Source: Planctomycetota bacterium
GTDB taxonomy: Bacteria > Planctomycetota > Planctomycetia > Gemmatales > Gemmataceae
DNA length: 64,000 nt
Assembly (NCBI GenBank): GCA_041180805.1
Contig: JBEGQX010000365.1
Coordinates: forward strand, 28,359-92,358
Direction: 5' to 3'
Part shown: one piece after another, positions 19,980 to 28,649 of the stretch
How positions within the stretch are numbered: position 1 is the stretch's first letter
How the letters are laid out: every line of letters starts with the position of its first letter
Notes under the pieces: generated by a model
The model's input: the letters and a program-made list of their open reading frames with translations, nothing else
Databases searched by the model: none
Told to the model about the DNA's origin: nothing
Position numbers and translations under genes: made by a program

Positions 19980-21152
19980 ATGCAGAATTATCCAGAACAT
20001 AATCAGGGCTCACCTCCGAAGTACCTTATACCTTTGGTTGTAATTTCAGTTCTGGCGTTGTTGATGCCATTTATCCTGGCAGGCTTGTACTTCACGGGGC
20101 GTTTGCAATTTCCAGGGACAAATGAGGACGCAAGAAAATATGGTAATGCCAGGACAGTGGTCCCCCGCGGCAACCTCGCCGAGGATGAAAAATCCACCAT
20201 CGAACTATACAACCGTAGCAAGCAATGTGTGGTTCATATCACCACACTTGCAAACCGCCGCAGTGCTTTCAGCTTGAATGTTCAACAAGTACCTGAGGGA
20301 ACTGGCTCGGGTTTTATCTGGGATGAAGGCGGGCACATTGTAACTAACTTCCATGTCATTCAAAACGCCGATGCTGCGGAAGTCACCTTTTCCGACAATA
20401 GCACCTATCCTGCAAGAATGGTCGGGTACTACGCGGACAAAGATTTGGCCGTTCTAAAGGTTGATGCACCCAAATCCAAACTTAAGCCCATACCAGTGGG
20501 CAAATCGGAAGATTTACAGGTGGGCCAGAAAGTTTTTGCGATAGGCAACCCTTTTGGCCTGGATCAGACCCTTACCACGGGCATCATCAGCGCACTGGGA
20601 AGGGAAATCGATTCTGTAACCAAGCGGCCCATCAAAAATGTGATCCAGTCGGATGCAGCGATCAATCCTGGTAATTCCGGCGGTCCACTACTGGACAGTG
20701 CCGGCCTTTTAATTGGTGTGAACACTGCTATCGCAAGTTCCACAGGGCATTCCGCCGGCATCAGTTTTGCCATTCCGGTGGACGAAGTGAACCGGGTTGT
20801 CCCCGAATTGATCCGCCATGGAAAAATCACCAAACCCGCCTTGGGGGTCACCCTTGCCCCCGACCACCTTGCAAAGCAATTGGGAAGCAAAGGTGTCATG
20901 GTGTTGGAAACACTGCCTGAAGGCCCCGCTGCAAAAGCAGGAATAAAAGGTGCCAGCAGGGCAAGAAGTGGAAAAGTTATCCCAGGAGATTTTATTATCC
21001 GAATCGATGAACAAGTGATTCAAACCTTAAAGGATTTGTACCTGTACCTTGATTCCAAAAAGGTTGGGGATACAGTCAAGGTAGTGGTGGATCGGGAAGG
21101 TGCGGAGGAAATCATGGAAATAACTCTCGCTCCCTTGCAATCGCTTAAATAA
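19980..21152 (+). CDS. HtrA/DegP-family serine protease with PDZ domain
   Basis: N-terminal TM segment. Catalytic triad contexts TNFHVIQ, DLAVLKV and GNSGGPLLD. C-terminal PDZ-like segment (GVMVLETLPEGPAAKAGI). Confidence 0.85.
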   Translation: MQNYPEHNQGSPPKYLIPLVVISVLALLMPFILAGLYFTGRLQFPGTNEDARKYGNARTVVPRGNLAEDEKSTIELYNRSKQCVVHITTLANRRSAFSLNVQQVPEGTGSGFIWDEGGHIVTNFHVIQNADAAEVTFSDNSTYPARMVGYYADKDLAVLKVDAPKSKLKPIPVGKSEDLQVGQKVFAIGNPFGLDQTLTTGIISALGREIDSVTKRPIKNVIQSDAAINPGNSGGPLLDSAGLLIGVNTAIASSTGHSAGISFAIPVDEVNRVVPELIRHGKITKPALGVTLAPDHLAKQLGSKGVMVLETLPEGPAAKAGIKGASRARSGKVIPGDFIIRIDEQVIQTLKDLYLYLDSKKVGDTVKVVVDREGAEEIMEITLAPLQSLK

Positions 21153-21170
21153 CTGGTCTGGAAAAATATC

Positions 21171-22028
21171 ATGACAAAGGAATTAAACTTCAAACAAGAA
21201 CTTACCGCATGCTTCGGCAAACCCGTGGCGGAGAACCCGACTCAGGCAATGATCGAGGCTGCTTACGCCCACCACAACCTTTTTTGGCGCTACCTTACCA
21301 TTGAAGTGGACCCCGCAGACCTGAAAGCCGCTGTCGCGGGTGCCCGGGCAATGGGTTTTCGCGGGTTCAACTGCACCATACCCCATAAGGTTGCGGTTAT
21401 TCAGCATCTGGATGGCCTTGGGGAATCCGCCTCGGTAATGGGCGCGGTGAATTGTGTGGTACGCAGAGGCGGGAAACTCATCGGTGAAAACACAGATGGC
21501 AAGGGTTTTCTGGAATCGCTACGCGAGGTGATGGATCCCAAGGGAAAGAATATTGTAGTGTTCGGAGCGGGTGGCGCAGCCCGTGCCATAACTGTCGAAT
21601 TAGCCCTTGCAGGTGCCGCTGGTTTTCAGATTGTTAATCGTGGAAGCCAAAGGGGAGAGGAACTAGCAACACTTTTGAAAGAAAAAGTAAAAGCAAAAGT
21701 TGATTTCATTCCTTGGAAAACCACTTTCAAAGTCCCCACCCAGACCCATGTTGTGATCAACGCAACTTCCATCGGATTATTCCCGGATGTGAATGCCAGA
21801 CTGGATTTTGATACCGCCTCATTAAGGCCTGAAATGGTGGTTGCGGATGTAATTCCCAATCCACCAGAAACCAACCTTGTGCGGGATGCCCGTAAGGCTG
21901 GTTGCAAAGTTCTAGATGGATTGGGAATGCTGGTAAACCAGGGAGTTATTGGAATTAAACACTGGACCGGCATCGACCCGGACCCCTCCGTAATGCGCAA
22001 GGCACTTGAGAAAGTATTTGGAGTTTAA
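21171..22028 (+). CDS. aroE: Shikimate dehydrogenase
   Basis: FNCTIPHK substrate motif and GAGGAARA NADP-binding motif. 285 aa. Confidence 0.85.
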   Translation: MTKELNFKQELTACFGKPVAENPTQAMIEAAYAHHNLFWRYLTIEVDPADLKAAVAGARAMGFRGFNCTIPHKVAVIQHLDGLGESASVMGAVNCVVRRGGKLIGENTDGKGFLESLREVMDPKGKNIVVFGAGGAARAITVELALAGAAGFQIVNRGSQRGEELATLLKEKVKAKVDFIPWKTTFKVPTQTHVVINATSIGLFPDVNARLDFDTASLRPEMVVADVIPNPPETNLVRDARKAGCKVLDGLGMLVNQGVIGIKHWTGIDPDPSVMRKALEKVFGV

Positions 22029-22032
22029 CCAA

Positions 22033-22446
22033 GTGCAAGAATCAACCGAACAAAAAATCCTTTGCGTGCAATCGGGGGTCAGCACCAACATCCAACAACT
22101 TGGGCCTTATGGAATTGAGACATTGATTGACCTTCCAGAAGAGGGAAAAACCACCGCTTATCGAGTTCATATTCAACCCAACAGCAAAACCTCCACAAGT
22201 TATCACCAGATAGCCGAGGAGCTTTACTATGTCCTATCAGGTTCCGGGATAGCTTTCCTGAATGGCAAGCCATTTGAGTTGAAACCGGGGATTTTCCTGC
22301 GACTTCCACCGGGCACCCGGCATGCGTTCGAAGCCTTTGCCGAGGGTCTGGATATGTTGGATGTTCATTCCCCGGGTTGCAGGCCCAACAGGGATGTTTA
22401 TTTTCCCGAAGGCAAAACACCCGAGGGTTTCCACAAGCAGGGATAG
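22033..22446 (+). CDS. Cupin domain protein
   Basis: Cupin motifs H-x-(x)-E..Y.L.G (YHQIAEELYYVLSGSG) and P.G..H (PPGTRHAF). A GTG at 22033 lies 8 nt after GGAG and just past the aroE stop. The track ORF starts at a TTG at 22006 inside aroE. Confidence 0.6.
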   Translation: MQESTEQKILCVQSGVSTNIQQLGPYGIETLIDLPEEGKTTAYRVHIQPNSKTSTSYHQIAEELYYVLSGSGIAFLNGKPFELKPGIFLRLPPGTRHAFEAFAEGLDMLDVHSPGCRPNRDVYFPEGKTPEGFHKQG

Positions 22447-22453
22447 GAAAGCC

Positions 22454-23935
22454 TTAACCGTTCCAGTCTTTCCGCTCGCGGGACGAGGGAATATTCAACA
22501 TCTTTCGGTACTTTGTAATGGTTCTTCTGGCTACTGGGTAACCGTCCGCCTGTAATTTTTCAACCAAGTCTTCATCTGACAGCGGATTGGTTTTGTCTTC
22601 GCTGGCAACCACGTCCAACAGTTTCCTGCGTATCTTTTCCCACGCAATATCCTCACCACTGGCATTCTGGGTGCCACCGCCAAAAAACCTTTTCAGAGGA
22701 AAAACTCCGCGGGGCGTCTGAACCCATTTGTCATCCACCGCCCTGCTAATGGTGGATACATCCACACCAACAACATCAGCAATCTGCTGCATTTTCAAAG
22801 GTTCCATGTATTCCGGGCCGGAATCCAGAAAGCTTTTCTGGCGTTCCACGATTGCCTGGGTGACTTTGCGAAGAGTGTTCTTGCGCTGCTCAATGGCTTC
22901 AAGCAACCACTGGGCAGATTGAATCTTGGGTCGAAGAAACTCCTTGACCTTCGGATCTGTAGCCTTGTTTTTACATTCCGCAAGATATCCCTTGTTAAGC
23001 TGGACATTAGGCAAAAGGTCATCCACCAGCTTTACGATATACTCGCCATTTTCATCTTGCAGAACCTCAATATCAGGGACAACGTAGGGAATGTTGCCTG
23101 CATGAAAATCCGCCGCAGGCTTTGGATTGAGTTTCTTGATCACTTCGATCGCCTGCATGATCGTTGGCAGTTCAAATCCGGTGGATTTTTGAATGGCGGG
23201 AATCCGGTTGTGGCGAATATCTTCCAAGTGATTATTGATCAGTGAACGAACCACATCGCCATGTTCGGTATCGGGGGTAAGCTGAAGCAGCAGGCATTCG
23301 GAAAGATCCCGCGCCCCAACCCCCAAAGGCTCAAGCCCCTGAACTATGTAGATTGCTTCTTCGATGGCATCCGTGGAAGCGGCAGGATCAACCATCGCAC
23401 AAAGTTCATCTATTCCCAGCTTCAGATATCCACCATCATCAAGGTTGGAAATCACAAGATGCACAAGCTTGCGAATATCCTTCTTGATATCCATGAATGC
23501 AAGCTGGTCTATCAGGTATTCTTCAAGCGACTGTGGCCTGGAAACCATGTTTTGCATGGCATCGTGCTTGCGGTCGGAATATTCCTCGCTGGCTGCCCGC
23601 GATGGCCGATGATCATCAAAGAATGATTCTTTCCAGTCATCGGGAATACTATCCAGGCGTTCAAAGTCCGATTCTGCCTGCCCGCTTGTATCAATGTCCA
23701 GAACCTTGGATTCCGGCGCATAATCTTCAGGGCTTTCAGCAGGTTCAGGCGTTTCGGAAAAGTTCTCATCCGCATCCTGTGTAAGCTCCAGCACAGGGTT
23801 TTCCTGAAGCTCCTGTTGGATTTTCTCCTCAAGTGCCATGATGGGCATCTGCAGAATCTCCATGGATTGGATCATACGAGGAGCCAGGTGCATTTCCTGG
23901 CTCATTCGCTGTCCCATGGAGGTTTCTAGACGCAT
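22454..23935 (-). CDS. rpoN: RNA polymerase sigma-54 factor
   Basis: N-terminal Q/L-rich region I, an acidic region II, and the C-terminal RpoN box ARRTITKYRKML. Confidence 0.9.
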   Translation of the reverse strand: MRLETSMGQRMSQEMHLAPRMIQSMEILQMPIMALEEKIQQELQENPVLELTQDADENFSETPEPAESPEDYAPESKVLDIDTSGQAESDFERLDSIPDDWKESFFDDHRPSRAASEEYSDRKHDAMQNMVSRPQSLEEYLIDQLAFMDIKKDIRKLVHLVISNLDDGGYLKLGIDELCAMVDPAASTDAIEEAIYIVQGLEPLGVGARDLSECLLLQLTPDTEHGDVVRSLINNHLEDIRHNRIPAIQKSTGFELPTIMQAIEVIKKLNPKPAADFHAGNIPYVVPDIEVLQDENGEYIVKLVDDLLPNVQLNKGYLAECKNKATDPKVKEFLRPKIQSAQWLLEAIEQRKNTLRKVTQAIVERQKSFLDSGPEYMEPLKMQQIADVVGVDVSTISRAVDDKWVQTPRGVFPLKRFFGGGTQNASGEDIAWEKIRRKLLDVVASEDKTNPLSDEDLVEKLQADGYPVARRTITKYRKMLNIPSSRERKDWNG

Positions 23936-23972
23936 GACAAATCCCCAAGCCCAATATTATCCACTTATTATT

Positions 23973-24584
23973 CTATAACTGTTGACGCCCTTCGAGAGCA
24001 TCCGCAAGAATTTGGTTGCTGGCATACTCCAACCCGGAACCACTGGGCAATCCCCGGGCCAGCCTGGTTATTTTAACCCCCGTGGGCGCAAGAATACTGG
24101 AAAGGTAAAGAGCTGTTCCATCACCTTCCAAGTTCGGGTTCGTTGCCATGATAATTTCGCGGACATTACCACCAGCAACCCTGTCCATAAGGCGATCGAT
24201 GGTTAATTGGTCTGGGCCCATGTTATCTAATGGGGCCAGCCTGCCATGCAGAACATGATAAACTCCGCGATAAATTCCGGATCTTTCCATCGCCCCTAGA
24301 TCTCTGGGTTGTTCGACAATGCAAATAAGGGTGGGATCCCTTCTTAGATCCGAACAAATATGACAATGGTCATGCTCGGTGGGGTTACAACATGTCTTGC
24401 AATTGCGGATGGATTCTTTGATGGCGCGCAAACATTCGGCAAGGGCCAGTACATCTTTGCGATCCGCTCCAAGCAAATAATGGGTAAGGCGCTCTGCGGA
24501 CTTCGGACCTATGCCCGGCAGTTTGCCAAGTTCTTGCATCAATCTCGCTATTACACCAGCTTGTTGATCCATCAACGCACTCAA
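23973..24584 (-). CDS. recR: Recombination protein RecR
   Basis: HhH motif (LPGIGPKSAERL), C4 zinc finger (CKTCCNPTEHDHCHIC) and Toprim segment (ICIVEQPRD...EGDGTALY). Confidence 0.9.
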   Translation of the reverse strand: MSALMDQQAGVIARLMQELGKLPGIGPKSAERLTHYLLGADRKDVLALAECLRAIKESIRNCKTCCNPTEHDHCHICSDLRRDPTLICIVEQPRDLGAMERSGIYRGVYHVLHGRLAPLDNMGPDQLTIDRLMDRVAGGNVREIIMATNPNLEGDGTALYLSSILAPTGVKITRLARGLPSGSGLEYASNQILADALEGRQQL

Positions 24585-24601
24585 TTATGCCTCAGATTTG
24601 A

Positions 24602-24943
24602 TTATCCCATTCCGGGTAACTGGAAACCACCCGGAAGGCCCAGCGATTGTGCAAGTTTTCCGGTTTCTTCAGCAATTTGAGTTCGCACTTTTGCCATGGC
24701 TTGATTCGTGGCACCACGAATCAATTCTTCCAGACAATCCCGGTCCTGCATTTTCCAGGCATCATCAGAAATCCGACAGGACAACATTTCAAATTTACCA
24801 TTCACTTTTACGGCCACCAGCCCGGCACCAGCATCACCCTGCGCTGTTATCTTTTCAAGCTTGCCTTGCATTTCCATTGCCTGTTCTTGCATTTTAGGCA
24901 AGTTTTTCATCAGGCTTGCAAACTGTCCGATTTCCTTGAACAT
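24602..24943 (-). CDS. ybaB: YbaB/EbfC nucleoid-associated protein
   Basis: 113 aa. Typical N-terminus (MKNLPKMQEQAMEMQGKLEKI...VKVNGKFE). Conserved position between dnaX and recR. Confidence 0.85.
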   Translation of the reverse strand: MFKEIGQFASLMKNLPKMQEQAMEMQGKLEKITAQGDAGAGLVAVKVNGKFEMLSCRISDDAWKMQDRDCLEELIRGATNQAMAKVRTQIAEETGKLAQSLGLPGGFQLPGMG

Positions 24944-24945
24944 CC

Positions 24946-26700
24946 TTACTCCTCTTCCTCGTCCGTCTTTTTATCCTTGGGTGGATACACCCCAAAACCT
25001 TGATCGGCGCGGACAATTGTGGCGTTTAAAACTTCCAGGGCCCTTTGAACCATGGGATCTTTTTCCGCAATCAGTTTTGTATTCTCCCTGGGCTTGGGAG
25101 GCGCCTGCTCGGCCACGGGCTGGAGTAATGGCGATGGCACCGGGACTACCGCACCCGTTCCCAACGACATCCTAACCTGCCAGGATTGGCCGGTAATTTT
25201 CAATAAAACTTCCTGAATTCGATTGGTCCTGCCAGGTTCCTGACAAAGTTCCATAGCCAGATTATATTCCCTGGAAAATTCAAGCACTAGGGCATTTGAA
25301 CCGGCAATACTTGGGAAACCGGCTTTTTTAAGCTCGTTTCCCAGCATGGGACCCACGCCTTGAATGACCTGCATCCAGATGGATGGAAGATTCTCCTCCG
25401 TCAGGCCATTCAGGGGTATTTCCCCTGGCGCAAGGATTTCAATTTTAGGTTCTGTCAGGAACTTTTTTTTTAAGCCCTCGGGGGGGGCAACAATCTGAGG
25501 CCTTGCAGGGCTGCCGCCAGGCATAGTTCCGGATTGAAGTTGGGTTATTAATTGGGAAACATTTAATAAATCCTTCAGGCGGGAAACCCGTATCAAACCC
25601 AGTTCGACCATGGTTCGGGGTTGATGTGTATGCTTTAGGCGGGAACGAGTCAGGGATAGCACATCCATTGCAGCCAAAATGTTGTCAAGCGATACCGACT
25701 TTGTCAGTTCTGAAAATCGCTGCTTGTTCCCCGAAGAAATCATGGTATCGGCCGGCAGGACACCCGAACTGCTAAGCACCATCATATCTCGCCAGAAGGT
25801 TAAAAGTTGCTCTACCAGTTCTCCCATCTGTAAACCACGTTCGCATGCCTTTTCCATCTGGGCCAACACACCGGCAGCATTACCTGAAATAACCGCTTCC
25901 GCAAGTTCAAGAATTCTTTCTTCATCTACCATGCCAATCAGGCGGTGAACCTCATCCCTGGTGAGTTTACCAGTGGAAAACGCCAGTGCCTGATCTAAAA
26001 GCGATTGGGCATCCCGCATCGATCCACCCGCCCGCCTTGCGATAAGCTCCACGGCAGCGCTTTCCGCTTCCAAGCCTTCCTTGTCAATAATTTCAGACAG
26101 ATGCTTGGCAATTTGCTGGGTTGGAATTCCAACAAAATCGAATCGTTGGCAGCGCGAAAGAATGGTGATCGGAATCTTTTGAACTTCGGTGGTGGCAAAG
26201 ATGAACTTCACATGACCGGGTGGTTCTTCAAGCGTTTTCAACAGCGCATTGAAAGCAGGGCCACTAAGCATGTGGACTTCGTCGATAATGTAAATTTTGT
26301 AACGAGACCTGCTTGGGCGATATTGCACATTATTGCGAATCTCGCGAACCTCATCGATGCCGCGGTTGCTGGCACCATCAATTTCCAGGACATCAACATC
26401 CTCTCCGGTGGAAATGGCAGTGCAAATGGAACAGGTTCCACAAGGGGATGTGGTTGGGCCCTTCTCACAGTTTAAAGCCTTGGCCAGAATTCTGGCAGTG
26501 GAGGTTTTCCCCACCCCGCGTGCCCCCGTGAACAGGTAGGCATGCGCCACCCGATTGTTATTGATGGCATTGGTTAAAACTTGGGCAACGGCATCCTGGC
26601 CTATCAAATCCTGAAAAGCCCCGGGACGGTACCTCCGCGCCAGGACCGTGTATTGATCCTTGGTGGTTTTCTCAGTGTTTTTTTGACTTGACTTGGCCAT
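24946..26700 (-). CDS. dnaX: DNA polymerase III subunit gamma/tau
   Basis: Walker A GARGVGKTS, zinc module CEKGPTTSPCGTCSIC, DEVHML and SRCQRF sensor motifs. 584 aa. Confidence 0.9.
   Translation of the reverse strand: MAKSSQKNTEKTTKDQYTVLARRYRPGAFQDLIGQDAVAQVLTNAINNNRVAHAYLFTGARGVGKTSTARILAKALNCEKGPTTSPCGTCSICTAISTGEDVDVLEIDGASNRGIDEVREIRNNVQYRPSRSRYKIYIIDEVHMLSGPAFNALLKTLEEPPGHVKFIFATTEVQKIPITILSRCQRFDFVGIPTQQIAKHLSEIIDKEGLEAESAAVELIARRAGGSMRDAQSLLDQALAFSTGKLTRDEVHRLIGMVDEERILELAEAVISGNAAGVLAQMEKACERGLQMGELVEQLLTFWRDMMVLSSSGVLPADTMISSGNKQRFSELTKSVSLDNILAAMDVLSLTRSRLKHTHQPRTMVELGLIRVSRLKDLLNVSQLITQLQSGTMPGGSPARPQIVAPPEGLKKKFLTEPKIEILAPGEIPLNGLTEENLPSIWMQVIQGVGPMLGNELKKAGFPSIAGSNALVLEFSREYNLAMELCQEPGRTNRIQEVLLKITGQSWQVRMSLGTGAVVPVPSPLLQPVAEQAPPKPRENTKLIAEKDPMVQRALEVLNATIVRADQGFGVYPPKDKKTDEEEE
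25463..25471 (-). promoter_or_regulatory. A9 slippery run inside dnaX (candidate programmed frameshift / transcriptional slippage site for a gamma-like product)
   Basis: The minus strand reads TTA AAA AAA AAG TTC CTG ACA (L K K K F L T, ~residue 405 of 584). The -1 frame gives GTT CCT GAC AGA ACC TAA. The +1 frame gives TCC TGA. A run of this kind (A AAA AAG / A9) is used in dnaX of E. coli and Thermus thermophilus. Confidence 0.45.
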
Positions 26701-26742
26701 GCAAACCAGAAAAGGGTTGGCTGGCTAGAAAAAGAGCGGCGT

Positions 26743-26850
26743 GGCGCCGGAAGAGGCTAATCCACTGCACAAGGGTTTGCTGCGTATGGCTGCTCCTTCC
26801 GGCCTGACCAGGTTGACAACTACCCATTGCGTGGGGCCCCTCCCAGCGCC
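26743..26850 (-). ncRNA. ffs: Signal recognition particle RNA, small (4.5S) type
   Basis: The minus strand reads GGCGCUGGGAGGGG...GUCAACCUGGUCAGGCCGGAAGGAGCAGCCAUACG...CCUCUUCCGGCGCC. The central block matches the universal domain IV sequence (E. coli CCAGGUCAGGUCCGGAAGGAAGCAGCC), with a compensated loss of one U-A pair next to the GGAA tetraloop. The 14-nt 5' and 3' ends pair with each other. The RNA sits 42 nt upstream of dnaX, the classic ffs position, and is followed by CUCUUUUUCU. Confidence 0.8.
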
Positions 26851-26901
26851 TCGCCGCACCATTTATTGGCCAGCAGTGCCGGGAATAACTCCACTACTAT
26901 C

Positions 26902-27816
26902 TTAGCGGGCAACGACCTTGTTGACATCACTTTTCGTCTGAATAACCACTTTCAAGATTTGAACTGGTTTTTCCAGCCTTCTGGAGCCTTCTTTATCTTT
27001 GTCTTCAGGATTTACTGGTTCGTTGTATATTTTTCGAACATGGTCCAGGCCTTCAATCACCTTGCCGAATGCGGTGTAATTACCATCCATAAAAGGGGCC
27101 TTGGTAAGATTAATATAAAATCGGCAAGCGGCGGTATCAGGTTCCAGATCAAAATAAGCCCCAATCGTTCCTTCGGCATGAGTTCCTTCAGGGCTTGATT
27201 CGGGGTTCATCCAGTAACCAATGCTTCCGTAACCCGGCTCACCAGTGCCCAAGGGACAACCAGCCTGCACCTGTTCAAGTTTGATATTTGGATCTTCCTC
27301 GGATTGTTCAAAGTGGTTTTTTTCAAAAAACAGGCCGTCGTAATAACCAGCTTTGGAAAGGGCTATGAAGTTGCGCACATGATTTGGAGCCTGTTTGGAA
27401 TTTAGCTCGATAACCATGGAACCATGAGTAGTTTCCACTTTGGCGATGTATTCAATATCCCGTCCTTGCGCATCCTTAAAGCGGATATCTTTCCAAGAAT
27501 CCTGCACCTTCTGAAAAATACGATACACAGGCTTTTTGGAAACCGTTTCATCCGGTGGACGATGGCAAGTTTCTGGTGGATTATCACCAAAACGCGCTGC
27601 CTTTTCAAAAGGGATATGCAAAGGATCTTCCTCTGTCGAAATTGTTTTGGAAGAAGCCGCTTCGGGCTTTGTACTGGAGGTTAGAACTGCATCTACCTTA
27701 TTGGTTGTGGTAGGGGTTACACCAACCAAAGGCTCTTTGGAAGCTTGCTTGCCACATCCTGCAAGAGCACCAACGACTATAAAACCTGAAAGCAGTCCTG
27801 ATTTTTTCTTAGACAT
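26902..27816 (-). CDS. Cyclophilin-type peptidyl-prolyl cis-trans isomerase, lipoprotein
   Basis: The ATG at 27816 gives MSKKKSGLLSGFIVVGALAGCGK (lipobox). The C-terminal cyclophilin core reads VIELNSKQAPNHVRNFIALSKAGYYDG...FMDGNYTAFGKVIEGLD. The track ORF extends to 27888. Confidence 0.8.
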   Translation of the reverse strand: MSKKKSGLLSGFIVVGALAGCGKQASKEPLVGVTPTTTNKVDAVLTSSTKPEAASSKTISTEEDPLHIPFEKAARFGDNPPETCHRPPDETVSKKPVYRIFQKVQDSWKDIRFKDAQGRDIEYIAKVETTHGSMVIELNSKQAPNHVRNFIALSKAGYYDGLFFEKNHFEQSEEDPNIKLEQVQAGCPLGTGEPGYGSIGYWMNPESSPEGTHAEGTIGAYFDLEPDTAACRFYINLTKAPFMDGNYTAFGKVIEGLDHVRKIYNEPVNPEDKDKEGSRRLEKPVQILKVVIQTKSDVNKVVAR

Positions 27817-28121
27817 AACCATGCCCCCAATAAAACCTTTTAAAACATTCGTGGTGGGGGTGATAACCTTGGTTATTTTTAAGGTCAAGGCAGAATATCG
27901 AATATTAACCTGTTTAAGTTTCCCAACCTACCATTACAAAGTTTTGGGTTACTTTTTAAATCGAGGTTTCCCTAGGTCTTCTCATAATAAGCCCTTTTAA
28001 GAACTGACTGTCTATCCTTTGGCAGCATGAAAGCCTAGGCAATTTAAGGGTTTTAAGTTGATCCATTCGTTTAAGGTGATAAATTATTTAAGGAAAAACA
28101 ACTTGGTTCATATGGCAAAAG

Positions 28122-28568
28122 ATGTCCATTTACTTCCGCATATTAATGGTGACAGGTTGTCTGGCTGGCCAAGTAATCTCAGCATTTGGAAGCCCTATAT
28201 TAGCGTTTTCCGATAATCAAAATAATTCCTCATTATTAATTATGGGTTGTTGCTGTTCAAAAAGCTCAAACGCCTGCTGTTCTGATGGATGCTGCTGCTC
28301 TTCGAATATTGCCCCTGAAATTTTCAAAACCGATGATGTTCCACTTTCTTCCGAAGAATTCAGTTTTGCTTGGATAAACCCTGTTTCCTCAAACCGCTGC
28401 AAAGGGTTGCAAATTATTCATGACCTCGGCACAGACCAGACAGTGGAAACCCCTGCCCCATCATTTTTTGGCGTGCGAACACTTTTTATGCTGCCAGGTT
28501 TTTGCGAATTAAGCTCGAGAATTTATTCCGAAATTAAAACTCCTCCTCCAAAAGCAATCATCTCCTAG
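28122..28568 (+). CDS. Small secreted hypothetical protein with a dense Cys cluster
   Basis: 148-aa ORF with a signal-peptide-like N-terminus. Residues 42-61 read GCCCSKSSNACCSDGCCCSS (28245-28304). It lies in an otherwise ~760-nt gap directly upstream of, and co-directional with, a DUF1559 gene. No clear Shine-Dalgarno. Coding status is unproven. Confidence 0.35.
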   Translation: MSIYFRILMVTGCLAGQVISAFGSPILAFSDNQNNSSLLIMGCCCSKSSNACCSDGCCCSSNIAPEIFKTDDVPLSSEEFSFAWINPVSSNRCKGLQIIHDLGTDQTVETPAPSFFGVRTLFMLPGFCELSSRIYSEIKTPPPKAIIS

Positions 28569-28649
28569 TTCCATTTGTTTCATGGTCAGGACCCATCTTT
28601 ATGGGCCTGTATCAATGTTTATTACATTTTTATTTTTAGGAGATTTCAG

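Noticed and set aside
25480-25487. G8 (C8 on the coding strand) homopolymer in dnaX as a phase-variation tract
   Set aside because: It encodes Ala-Pro-Pro in the essential dnaX linker. An on/off switch in an essential gene is implausible. It is noted only as a possible sequencing-error hotspot next to the A9 run.
26827-27198. 123-aa plus-strand ORF spanning the ffs locus and the PPIase 3' end
   Set aside because: It overlaps the well-supported SRP RNA and runs antisense to the cyclophilin gene. It has no recognisable features.
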